Made by a program: the position numbers and the translations under genes. 64,000 bases of DNA from Torpedo marmorata. Taxonomy: Eukaryota. Of the stretch, positions 1-12,000 are shown in pieces. Position 1 is the first letter of the stretch, and each line of letters starts with the position of its first letter. The notes under the pieces are model-generated. The model did no database searches, was not told where the DNA came from, and saw nothing but the letters and a program-made list of their open reading frames with translations. The stretch spans positions 80,662,001 through 80,726,000 of the forward strand of contig OZ360223.1 in the NCBI GenBank assembly GCA_977017645.1, read 5' to 3'.

Positions 1-543
1 GTAGCACTGATGGCCCGCCTCAAAGGACCGCACTGGACCGACGAACTACCGTGGGTACTACTGGGAATCCGAACGGCACCCAAAGAGGACCTCGGTACCG
101 GAGTTGGTGTACGGCGCACCCCTGGTCATCTCCAGCGAGTTTCTGGCCGTCGCCAGGGACTCAGACGACACACCGGCGTTTACCCTCGAAAGGCTCCGAG
201 AGCGGCTGGGGACACTGGCCCCAACACAGCCCACACCGCTCGACCACCCAAAGGCACATGTGCCCAGGGGCCTACTCGACTGCAGGTTCGTTTTCGTGCG
301 ACGAGGAGCACATCATCCGCCGCTGCAATGACCTTACGAAGGGCCCTGCAAGGTAATCTGGCACAATGGATCCACATGTGCTAGACATCCGAGGCAAGGA
401 AGAGACTTTCACAATAGACCGCCTTAAGCCAGCACACATCGACGCCAGCCAACCAATCATTACACCAGCCCCACGGTGCAGAGGCAGGCCACCAAAAGCA
501 CGGGACACTGCCACGATCGCCAGTTCTGGGGGGGGGGGGGTCG
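1..543 (+). mobile_element. 3' end of Gypsy LTR retrotransposon internal region (degenerate integrase C-terminus and polypurine tract)
   Basis: Frameshifted peptides HWTDELPWVLLGIRTAPKEDL, FVFVRRGAHHPPLQ, EETFTIDRLKPAH typical of Gypsy integrase tails; G-run PPT at 528-540 just before the LTR. Confidence 0.85.
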
Positions 544-899
544 TGTAGCAGCCCACGAGCCGATCGGCGACCCGCTGCACAAAATGGCGGTCGAACTCGG
601 CGATCGCACCAAGGCCACGGACTAAATGGCCTTCTTGCAGCAGCTCCAGTCAACCGGCGGGAAATGACGAGCACCGGCGGGAAAACCGACCAATCGGCGG
701 CCGGCCTGTGACGTCATCTCCACCGGCGGGAAAACCGACCAATCAGCGGCCGGCCCGTGATGTCATCCTCGCCAGAAGAGGCGGGTTTCTCCAGCTCGCT
801 GGCCCTATATAAGGCAGAGCCAGAGAGCTAATAAACAAGTCTTGTTTGAGCTTACCTCGTGTGTGGTGGTTTTCTTCGACGCAGCAGCAGCGCGCTACA
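544..899 (+). mobile_element. Gypsy 3' LTR (356 bp)
   Basis: Inverted termini TGTAGC...GCTACA, TATATAA at 806-812, AATAAA at 830-835, follows PPT. Confidence 0.88.
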
Positions 900-2335
900 G
901 TCTCTTAATTTAATTCAATTAGTTTACTATTTTCTTCACAATTACCTGTTCAGCTGCAGCAAGTAAGAATGCTGGCAGGTATGTACATTGTACAAATGTG
1001 TACGACAATAAACTCATCATGGGTCAGCTTTAACTGAAAACAAATTTGAGTACCAGAGTCGAGACCAAAGAGACAACATCCTAAATACTGTACAAGCTGA
1101 TCTCCTGAACCAAAGAAGGGTATACTGAGAATGGAAGGCATGCAGTGAAAATTTACAAAGTTGATGCTTTTGCCTCTGAACCTTAGAGTGAGAAATAATC
1201 TCAATGAAATGTACAAAATTCTTAAGGGCTTGACAGGGTAAATGTAGAGTTGATGTTTCCACAAATGTGCGTGTTTGGAACCACCAATCACACTCTCAAT
1301 AAAAGAGGTGGACTTTTGAGGCCAGGAATGAAAAGAATATACTTCACTTCCAGGGTGGTGAATCTTTGGAATTCACTGTTCAAGACAGCTAGAGAGGCTT
1401 TCTTGCTGACCATAAAATGTTGAGATACTTTGATAAATGGTGTGATAATTCTGATGATAATATTATCACGTGACAGAGATTGGCTGTTTGCAATTTGATA
1501 AATATAGCCACTTAACTGGAACCATACACAGACTACTTTGATTCAAAGCAATTTGTGCTGTGAGGAATGACAATTCATGGTACTAGGGCATGCTCCTTTG
1601 GCAGAATGTGGATAGTCAGGGAAGCCAACGCTACCCCTGACGACTTCATCTGGCGAGAAGTGTACCCAACTGCAGCTCCTGACAGACCGTGTTAGGGAAT
1701 TGGAGCTGGAATTGGATGAACTCCGGATCATTCAGGAGGCAGAGGGGATGATGGACAGGAGTTACAGGATGCAATCACACCTAGGAGGCAGACAGAAGGT
1801 AGCTGGGTAACAGTCAGGAGAGGGAAAGGGGTCAGGCAGGTAGTGAAGGGTACCCCTGTGGCCATTCCCCTCAGCAACACATACCCCTTTTGATAATGCT
1901 GCGGGGTGGTTGACTTACCTGGGCCAGGCAGCAGCCAGACAAATTGCACCGGATAAGCTCTGAGCCTCAGAAGGAAAGGGTGGTCAGGTTGAACGATAGT
2001 CTTGGCGACTCGATAGTCAGGGGAAAAGATAGGCATTTCTATGACCGCAAAGGAGACTCCAGGATAGTGTGTTGCCTCCCGGGTGCTCGGGTCCAGGATG
2101 TCTGAGCAGGTGCAGAATATTCATAAGGGGGAGATTAATCAGCCAGAGGTCATGGTACCAATGACATAGGAAGGAGTGGGGCAGAGATCCTGAAAAATAA
2201 TTCAAGGGAGTGAAGAAAGAGGCTGAAGAGCAGGACCTCCAAGGTAGCAATCTCTGGATTACTCCCAATGCCACGAGCTAGGGAAGGTCAGAACAGGAAG
2301 ATAGTGCAGACAAACATGTGGCTGAAGAGATGGTG

Positions 2336-3360
2336 CAGAATCAGAATTTATTGTAATGAACAAGTCATGAAATTCGGTGTTTTGCAGCATCATCATAGTG
2401 CAAACATTCATATTATAACCATCTTACGACATTACTGTAAAAAAATATAAATAATAATGCACGAAAAGTAAGGCAGTGTCTTTGGTTCACTGATTATTCA
2501 GGAATCTGATGGCAGTGGGGAAGAAGCTGTCCTTGTGCCATTGAGTGCTCGTCTTTAGGATCCTGTACCGTTTCCCGATGGTAGCAGAGTGAAGAGGGCA
2601 TGGCCTGGGTGGTGGGGGTCTTTGAGGATAGAGGCTGCTTTTTTAAGACACCGCCTCATGTAGATGTCCTCGATGGAGTGAAGTCTGGTGCCTGTGATGT
2701 CACAGGCCGAGTTAACAACCCTCGAGTTTATTCTTGCCCTGAGAGTTGGCGCCTCCATACCAGGCAGTGATGCAACCAATCAGAATGCTCTCCACGGTAC
2801 ACCTGTAGAATTTTACAAGAGTCTTCGGTGACATACCGAATCTCCTCAGGCACCTCACAAAGTATAGCCGCTGGTGAGTCTTCAGGACAGATCGTCGGAG
2901 GTGTTGACACCCAGGAATTTGAAGTTCTTGACCCTCTCCACTACTGAGAACTGGGTCATGTTCCCCTGACTTCCTCCTGAAGTCCACAATCATTTCCTTG
3001 GTTTTGCTGACGTTGAGCGCAAGGTTGTTGTCGTTACACCATTCAACGAGCTGATCTATCTCCCTCTTGCACGCTTTCTCATTGCCATTTGTGATTCTGC
3101 CGACAACTGTGGTGTCATCTGCAAACTTGTAGATGGCATTGGAATTGTGCCTGGCCACAATCATGGGTGTATATCGAGTAGAGCAGTGGGCTAAGCACGC
3201 ATCCTTGGGGTGCGCCTGTGTTGATAATCAGTGAGGAGGAGACGTTGTTTCCAATTCGTACTGACTGGCGTCTTCCTATGAGAAAGTCAAGGATCCAGAG
3301 GCCTAGAGTTTGTAGCTCCTTGACCAGCACTGAGGGAATAATGGTATTGAAGGCCGAGCC
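2336..3360 (-). mobile_element. 5'-truncated Rex1/Babar-type LINE inserted in CR1 ORF1
   Basis: RT motifs [20 protein letters not shown] and [12 protein letters not shown]...LNVSKTKEMIVDFR; AATAAA plus (TTCTGA)n tail near 2336-2353 on the minus strand. Confidence 0.85.
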
Positions 3361-4742
3361 TTCAATCTTTCAGCCTTCAGGTTTTCAAGTTCTTGGATTA
3401 TTGGAACATTTTCTGAGGAAGGGGTGACCTACACAAGTGGGCTGGGTTGCACCTGAACTCGAGGGGAACAAATATCCCAGCAGGGAGATCTGCTAATGCT
3501 GTTGGGGGTTTAAACTAGATTCACAGTGGGGTGGGAACCAAAGTGAAGAAGCAGAGGAAGAGGTGGTTTGTGCACAAGTAGGGACAGCTGGTAAGGAGTT
3601 TGTGTGGAAGGACAGGCAGATAGGGCAAAGTTGCAGCCATGGGGATGCGTTGCACAGCAACAGTGACAGAATCTAATGTAACAAATAAAGGGCTAAATGT
3701 TTTGTATTTAAATGCACGCAGCATAAGACATCAAGTGGATGACCTTGTGGTACAGCTACACATAGGCAGGTATGTTGTTGTGGCCATCAAGGAGTCATGG
3801 TTAAATGATGGATGTCATTGGGAGCTGAATGTCCCAGGAGACATAGTGTATCGAAAGGATAGGCAGGTTAGCAGAGAGGGCAGGGTGGCTCTGTCAGTAA
3901 GGCACAACATTAAATCATTGGAAAGAGGTGACATAGGATCAGAAGATGCAAAGGTAAAAAGACACTGTTGGCTGTTATGTGCAGACCTCCAAATGGTAGC
4001 GGCCATGTGAATAACAAATTGCAATAGCAGATTGAAAAGACGTGGCAGAAGGGCAATGTTATGGCAGTCATGGGGATTTAAACATGCAAGTGGATTGGGA
4101 AAACCAGGTTGGGATTGGATCTCAAGAGAGATTTTGTGGAAAACCTATGAGATGGCTTTTCAGAGCAGCTTGTTAATGAGCCCATGAAGGGAATTGGCTG
4201 AACTGGATTGGATGTTGTGCAATTCACCCAAGGTGATTAGAAAGCTTAGAGAAAAGGAACTATTAGGGGGCAGTGATCACAATATGATTGAGTTCAATCT
4301 GAGATTTAACAAAGAGAAAATAAAATTAGATGTGTCTGTATTTCAGTGGAGTAAAGAGAATTACAGTGGCATAAGAGAATAACTGGCCAAAGTAGATTGG
4401 AAGGAGGCACTGGTAGGGAGACAGCAGAGCAGTAATGGATGGAATTTCTGCAAGAAGTGGGAAGTTGCAAGATAAATACATACCAAAAAAGAGGAAATAC
4501 TCAAATGGAAAAATGTCACAACTGTGGCTGACAAGGGAAGTCAAAGCCAACGTAAAAGCAAAAGAGGGAATACAAAGAAGCAAAAAAATAGTGGGAAGAT
4601 AGAGGACTGTGAAGTTTTTAAAAACTGACAGAAGGCAACTAAGCAACTCATAAGGAGGGAAAAGATGAAGTAGGCTAGCAAATAATATCAGAGGGTATAA
4701 AAAGCTTCTTAAAGTATATAAAGAATAAAAGAGAGATGAGAG

Positions 4743-5965
4743 CAATAGACAATAGACAATAGACAATAGGAGCTGGAGTAGGCCCTTCGGCCCGTCGAGC
4801 CAGCACCGCCATTTTACAGATCATGGCTGATCACTACTATCAGTACCCCTTACCAGCCTTATCCCCATAACCCTTAAATCCTCTGCCCATTAGAGTCTTA
4901 TCTAACTCTCTTTTGAACATAATCAGCGAATCTGCCTCTACCACCCTCTGTGGCAGAGCATTCCACAGATTCACACTTCTCTGGCTAAAGAAATTTTTTC
5001 TCATCTCCGTCCTAAAGGGCCTTCCCTGAATTCTTAAACTATGCCCTCTAGTCCTCGTCTCTCCCATCAATGGGAACAAGTAATCTGACTTCACCCTGTC
5101 TATCCCCTTGATAATTTTGTAAACCTCAATCATATCCCCCCTCATCCTCCTAAACTCCATCGAATATAAGTCCAGTTTTTCTAACCTTTCAGCATATGTC
5201 AACCCTGCCATTCCTGGAACTAACCTTGTAAATCTGCGCTGCACACCCTCTATAGCTAGTATGTCCTTCCTCAAATTTGGAGACCAGAACTGGACGCAAT
5301 ACTCCAGGTGGGGTCTCACCAGGGCCCTGTACAACTGCAGAAGGGCGTCTCTGCTCCTATTGTCCAATCCCCTCTTTATGAAAGCCAACATGCCATTTGC
5401 CTTCTTCACAGCTTTCTGTACCTGCATGTTAGCCTTCAGTGACTGGTGAACAAGTACACCCAGATCCATTTGCACTTCCCCACTCCCTAGCTTGTCACCA
5501 TTTAGATAATACTCTGCTTTCCTATTACTGCCCCCAAAATGGATAACCTCACATTTGCTCACATTGAACTTCATTTTCCATTCTTCAGCCCACTCCCCCA
5601 ACCTGTCCAAGTCCCTCTGCATTTTCCTGACATCCTCTTCACACTTTACACCGCCACCCAGTTTAGTGTCATCTGCAAATTTACTCAAGTTATTAATAAT
5701 CCCATCATCCAAATCATTTACATAAATGACAAACAACTGAGGACCCAACACCGATCCCTGCGGCACTCCACTCGTCACATCCTGCCATCCTGAAAAAGAC
5801 CCGCTTACCCCAACCCTTTGTTTCCTATTTCTTAACCAATTTCCTATCCACGTCAGCACCTTACCATCAATACCATGCTCCCTGATCTTGCCCACTAGTC
5901 TCCCGTGCGGTACCTTATCAAAGGCCTTCTGGAAGTCCAAATACACCACATCCACTGGCTCTCCC
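4743..5965 (-). mobile_element. Young 5'-truncated CR1 LINE with open RT C-terminal frame
   Basis: Uninterrupted frame 4840-5965 (VDVVYLDFQKAFDKVPH, GVPQGSVLGP, KFADDTKLG, RTRGHSLRI); (CTATTGT)n microsatellite tail at 4743-4768. Confidence 0.9.
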
Positions 5966-6400
5966 ACGAGAAAATGACACCCAAGAAATAAAAATGGGAG
6001 ACAAGGAGATGGCGGAGGAACTAAATGAGTGGAAGACACTAGCAGTGCGCCAGATGTCGAAGCGTATCAAGGAAGGAAAGTGAGTGCAGTTACTATTTCA
6101 AGGGAGAAGGTGCGAAGAAAGCTGAATAGTCTTCGGGTGGATATGTCTCCCTGACCAGACGGATTGCACCCTCGGGTCCTGAAAGAGGTAGCGGTAGAGA
6201 TAGATTCTGGCATGGTCCTGGAGGACTGGAAAATCGCAAATGTCACCCCACTATTCAAGAAGGGAGGCAGCAGAAAGAAAATTATAGGCCAGTTAGCCTG
6301 ACGCCAATGGTTGGAAGATGTTGGAGTCGATTGTCAAGGATGAGGTTACGGAGTACTTGGAGGCATGTGACAGGATAGGCCAAAGCCAGCATGGTTTCCT

Positions 6401-6651
6401 TTTTTAAAAAAAAAAAATTTAGACATGCAGCTCTGTAACAGGCCATTTCGGCCCACAAGGCCATGCCGCCCAACTTACTCCCAATTAACCTACACCCCCC
6501 GGTACGTTTCAAACGGTGGGAGGAAACCGGAGCCCCCGGGGAAAACCCACGCAGACACAGGGAGATGTACAAACTCCTTACAGACAACGCGGGATTCGAA
6601 CCATGGTCCTGATCGCTGGCGCTATAAAGGCGTTGCGCTAACCGCTACGTC
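6401..6651 (-). mobile_element. tRNA-derived SINE (V-SINE/HE1-like) with CR1-type tail
   Basis: A box TAGCGGTTAGCG and B box GGTTCGAATCCC (plus 6591-6602); central GTGGGTTTTCCCCGGGGGCTCCGGTTTCCTCCCAC; tail GGGCCGAAATGGCCTGTT followed by a T/A run. Confidence 0.8.
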
Positions 6652-6889
6652 TATTGGAATTCTTTGAGGAAGTGACAAGCAGGCTGGATAAGGGAGATGC
6701 AGTCGACGTTGTGTATTTGGATTTTCAGAAGGCATTTGACAAGGTGCCACAAATGAGGCTACTTAATAAGATAACAGCCCATGGTATAACAGGAAACATA
6801 TTAGAGTGGGTAGAGCATTGGCTGATTGGCAGGAAGCAGAGAGTTGGAATACAAGGATTATATTCTGATTGGCTGCCAGTTGCTAGTGG

Positions 6890-6972
6890 TAAAGGTAAAA
6901 AGGTAAAGGTTCCATTATTGTCACGTAATACTACATTTACAATGTAACATAAATTAAATTCTTTAATTTTTG
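6890..6972 (-). mobile_element. Short 3'-end fragment of the non-coding retroposon family also at 18.3 and 34.1 kb
   Basis: Splits the CR1 codons AGTGG|TGTTCCACAG; shares GGTTCC.TT.TTGTCA.GTAATA with 18310 and 34154; (TTTACC)n tail. Confidence 0.6.
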
Positions 6973-8330
6973 TTCCACAGGGGTCAGTGTTGGGGCCGCT
7001 TCTTTTTATGTTGTATATTAATGATTTAGATTATGCAATGAATGACTTTATGGCCAAGTTTGAGGATGATACAAAGGTAGGTGGAGGAGCAGATTGTGTT
7101 GAGGAAACACAGAGGCTGCATAAGAACTTAGACAGATTTGGAGAATGGGCAGAGAAGTGGCTAATGAAATGTAATGTCAGAAAGTATACGGTCATGCACT
7201 TTGGTAGAAAAAAAATAAACAGGCAGACTATTTTTTTTTAAATGTGAAGAAAATTGAAAATACCCAGATGTAAAGGGACTTGGGAGTCCTTGTGCAGAAT
7301 AGTCTGAAGGTAAATTTGCATGTTCAGAAAGTGAAGGCGGCAAATGCAATGTTGGCATTCATTTCGAGAGGAATAGAATACAAGATCCAGGATGTGATGT
7401 TGAGGCTTTAAAGAACACTGGTAAGACCCCACCTGCAGTATTGTGATCAGTTTTGGGCTCCTCAATTAAGCAAATATGTGCTGAAGTTGGAGAGGGTTTA
7501 AAGGAGGTTTACTGGGATGATTCCAGGAATGAAAGGGTTATCATACGAGAAGCGTTTGACAGCTCTTGGCCTGTATTCGTTGGAATTTAGGAAAATAAGT
7601 GGGGGGGGGATGTCATTGAAACATTTCGAATGTTGAAAGGCATCGACAGAGTTAATGTAGAAAGGTTGTTTCCCCATGGTCGTAGAGTCTGGGACAAGAG
7701 GGCACAACTTCAGGATTGAAGGGCATCCACTGAGAACAGAAATGCGTAGGAATTTCTTCAGCCTGAGGGTGGTAAAACTGGAATTTGTTGCCACAGGCGG
7801 TTGTGGTGGCCGAGTCATTGGCTTTATTTAAGACAGAGATTGATAGGTTCTTGATTAGCCAGGGCATCAAAGGTTATGGGGAGAAGGCCAGGCAGTGGGG
7901 CTGAATGGGAAAATGGATCAGCTCATGATTACATGGCAGGGCAGACTCGATGGGCTGAAGAACCTATTTCTTCTCCTATGTCTTATGGTCTCATTAGTTA
8001 CTGCTTAGAGAGATGACAACAAAACGTTGAGACATTGAATACATTATATTATGACTTAAATAGGAAATTTACAAAGCAACTGGCAGTATTTGCTCATTAA
8101 AGTAAAACTGGCTTAATAATAATCTTAAGGTACTGACAAGTGAAGTTCAATGCAAACAAACTGCAACCTATTGATAGGCCTATCAATAAACACTCAAAGA
8201 CTGTGAGCGTGAGTGAAGCATAGGCTTTTATTACCTTAGAACTGTGCAGTAGTTTCCTGCAGATCTGACCCGGACTGAGGGAGTGGCCGTGGCACAGTGG
8301 CCTTTATTCAGGTGAGGAAAGGGGAGGGAT

Positions 8331-11300
8331 GTATAATTCCAGAGAAAGAAAAAACTGTATATAACTGGAGATTAGACTCTTCTTTATTAAATAGAAAAGA
8401 TTTCTGTGAATATATAAGAAAAGAAATTCAGGAATTTTTAAGAATTAATAATAATTCAGTTGAAGATAAGTTTATAATTTGGGAATCTTTAAAAGCATAT
8501 TTAAGAGGATTGATAATAAGCTTCTCGGCAAAAATCAGAAAAGATTATGTGAAAGAAGAAGAAAAACTGGAGGGAGAAATTGAAGTTATGGAAAAAGATT
8601 TTCAAAGAAATAAAACAATTTTCAAAAGACAACGTTTAATTGGGAAAAAATTACATTATAATATATTACAAACTCGAAAAATAGAAAAATTAATTGGTAG
8701 AACAAAGCAAAGATATTATGAATTGGGAGAAAGAGCACATAAAGTTTTAGCATGGCAATTAAAGAAAGAACAAGTTTCTAAAACTATAAATGCTATAAAG
8801 AAAAGTACTGGAGAAATAACTTATAAACCTCAAGAAATAAATAATTCATTGAAAGAGTATTATCAAAATTTATATACTTCGCAAATGAATCAAGATGTTG
8901 TAAAAATTGATGATATTTTAGCCAAAATTACATTGCCCAAATTAAATAGTTTTAACAGAGATTTGTTAGATTTACCAATTACAATGAGAGAAGTAGGTGA
9001 GGCTTTATTATCATTGAATAGTGGTAAATCTCCCGGTGATGATGGATTTCCGGTAGAGTTTTATAAGAAGTTTAAAGATTTATTGATACCTATATATATG
9101 GAAGTATTAACTCAAATAAAGGAAACTCATTCATTACCGAAAACATTTTTAAATGCTATTATTACAGTTATACCAAAGAAGGATAGAGATGTATTAAAAA
9201 CTGAATCATATAGGCCTATATCATTGTTAAATGTAGATTATAAATTAATGGCAAAAATCTTGACAAATAGATTAGCTAAATTTTTACCATTTTTAATACA
9301 TCCAGATCAAGCAGGATTTATCAAAAATAGATATTCAAAGGATAATATAGCAAGATTAATAAGTTTGATTAATTTACAAAAAAAGAAACAGGATTTGCCG
9401 TTAGTGATAGCATTAGATGCAGAAAAAGCATTTGATAGACTAGAATGGAAGTTTTTATTTAAGGTTTTAGAGAAATATGGATTTGGAAATACGTTTATAA
9501 ACTGGATTAAGACTATATATAAGGAACCTACAGCCAGAGTAATTACAAATGGTCAAATATCATCTAAATTCTCTTTGACGCGGTCAACAAGACAAGGATG
9601 TCCATTGTCACCTGCTTTATTTGTATTGGCAATAGAACCGTTGGCGGAAATGATTAGGAAAGATATTAATATAAATGGGATAAAAGTAGGTGTAGAAGAG
9701 CATAAAATTAGTTTGTTTGCAGATGATGTATTAATATATATGACAAAGTCTATTAAATCACTTCAACAATTAGATAAAATATTAAGGGATTATGGTGAAA
9801 TATCTGGATATAAAATTAATTCGGATAAAAGTGAGATAATGGCTTTATCTCAAGGAGACTATACTAAATGTAAAGAAGTTACAAAATTTAAATGGGCTAA
9901 AGAAGCTATTAAATATTTGGGAGTTAAAGTGGATACAAAGTTAGAAAATTTATATAAATTAAATTATATACCTTTATTTCAGAAAATAAAGAAGGATTTG
10001 GATAATTGGAAAGATTTACCCATAACTTTAATGGGAAGAGTGAATTGTATTAAAATGAATATTTTTCCAAGAGTTCAATATCTTTTTCAATCTATACCTT
10101 TTGGTATTCCTCAAAAATTTTTTAAAGATTTAAAAATTATTATTAGAAAGTTTTTATGGAAAGGAAAATTGGCAAGAGTAAGTATGGATAAATTAACTTG
10201 GGAATACGAAATGGGTGGATTACAACTCCCTAATTTTCAATATTATTATAAGGCAGCACAATTAAAATTTATAAATGAACTATTTGATTTAACTAAAAAT
10301 ACGGCTTGGATTAATATAGAATTGAGTAATATAGGAGAAAGAAATAAGGAAGATATTATTTATAAATGGAATTCTAAATTATTATTGATTAAAAAGAAAA
10401 AGTCACCGATTATTAAACATTTATTGGAAATTTGGAATCAATTAGATAATGAAATAGGACGAAAAGGATTAATTTCTTTAAATATGCCATTATATCAGAA
10501 TTTATTATTACCATTTTCTATTGATAATCAATTTTTAAAATTATGGTATCAAAAAGGAATTAAGAAGATCAAAGATTGTTTTGAGGCAGGAAGATTTGTT
10601 ACTTTTTCTAGATTGAAAGAAAAATTTGGTATAATGGATAATACAATTTTGGCTTATTATCAAGTTAAAGGATTTTTAGTTGAGAAATTAGGGAATCAAT
10701 TATTATCCCCTAGACAAGATGGGTTAGAGTTATTAATTACTAATGGAAATGTTAACAAATTTATATCGCAAATGTATAAATTACTTCAGAAAAAAATGCT
10801 TAAAGTAGGACTACATAGATCTAGATTAAATTGGGAATCAGATCTAAATACTAGTATAGATGAAAAACACTGGAAAGAACTATGTAAACTGAGTATGACT
10901 AAGATTATTAATGTTAGATATAGATTAGTACAATATAATTTTTTTCATCAATTATATATAACACCTAAAAAATTAAAGAAATTCAATTCGGCATTGTCAG
11001 ATATGTGTTTTAGATGTAAAGATGAAATAGGTTCTTTTGTACATTGTACATGGTCGTGTTTGAAAATTAAAAATTTTTGGTCTAAAGTCAAGGATTTTTT
11101 AGATAGAATTCTTAATATTAAGATTCCAATGGACCCTATGATATTTCTGTTTGGAGATATTTAAAAAATTAGTATTAGAAATAGATTGAACATGTATCAA
11201 ATAGAATTTTTACGAATTGTGTTAGCAATTTCAAAAAAATGTATTGCTATTACTTGGAAATCAGACTTAGATTTAAATTTGGATAGATTACATGCAGAGT

Positions 11301-11407
11301 TACGCTCGTGTATACCATTGGAAAAAATTACATATAATTTACGAGATAAATATCATTTCTTTCTGAAAATCTGGAGCCCATACATGAGAATTATGGGTAT
11401 GAATTAA
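8331..11407 (+). pseudogene. L1 ORF2 (RT and C-terminal CCHC; endonuclease lost by truncation; one frameshift near 11160)
   Basis: KSPGDDG, YRPISLLNVDYK, LDAEKAFDR, TRQGCPLSP, LFADD, CFRC-x8-HCTWSC motifs. Confidence 0.92.
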
Positions 11408-11713
11408 TTCTCTAGAAGTTAGTACCGCTGACAAAGTAACCTCCAATATATAAGTAGAGTTAGCTTGAAATAATTTTCTCCTCACACTAACACTAACTTT
11501 CTTAACTTTATTATTCAATCTATTTCTTTTCTTTTAACTAACATTTTTATATTCTATTTTTTCTTTTTTATTAGATAGCTTGGGAGGGTTGGGAAGGGGA
11601 GGGTGGGAAGGGGGGGTGGTAATATATCACATGTATTTTCAATAATACATTATTTTTTTGATATATGTATTTTGTGATTTTAAAAAATTAAATAAAATTA
11701 TAAAAAAAAAAAA
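8331..11713 (+). mobile_element. 5'-truncated L1 LINE inserted in the G1 3' LTR
   Basis: 16-bp TSD AGGAAAGGGGAGGGAT (8315-8330, 11714-11729); poly(A) tail; AATAAA near 11691; G-rich tract 11582-11619 in the 3' UTR. Confidence 0.95.
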
Positions 11714-12000
11714 AGGAAAGGGGAGGGATTACCTGGACACCCAAGGGAGGGGAGGGAGTAGACATCGGGACAGCCTGCAGTACATACCTACACCACAATA
11801 CATAAACAGTGGTTTACCACATTCACCCCTCCTTTTTTTTTAAAAAAAAGAGTCCAGCGGGGTGACGTGACCACTCTAATTAAGTTACAGAAAACACACA
11901 GTAAATATAATACAGAAATATATGTACAAGCCCTTTTTCACAGGTCAAGGCGATCCGGCGGTCGAATTTGCCGCTGTGACCTGCGTAGTGGCGGGGCGGG

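Larger units (their letters stand above)
1595..7990 (+). mobile_element. Decayed near full-length CR1 LINE (ORF1, endonuclease, RT, 3' UTR) interrupted by four insertions
   Basis: ORF1-like remnants 1600-2335 and 3375-3520; APE endonuclease GLNVLYLNARSI (~3690); RT pieces DVVYLDFQKAFDKVP (6654+) and LGPLLFMLYINDLD (6987+); CR1-type 3' end CCTATGTCTTATG near 7980. Confidence 0.85.

Noticed and set aside
6560-6651. tRNA gene
   Set aside because: The A/B boxes belong to a SINE head followed by a SINE body and LINE-type tail.
8297-8330. Start of the 955-aa ORF (MAFIQVRKGEG)
   Set aside because: It is a GTG in antisense Gypsy LTR sequence that happens to be in frame with the truncated L1 ORF2, not a real N-terminus.
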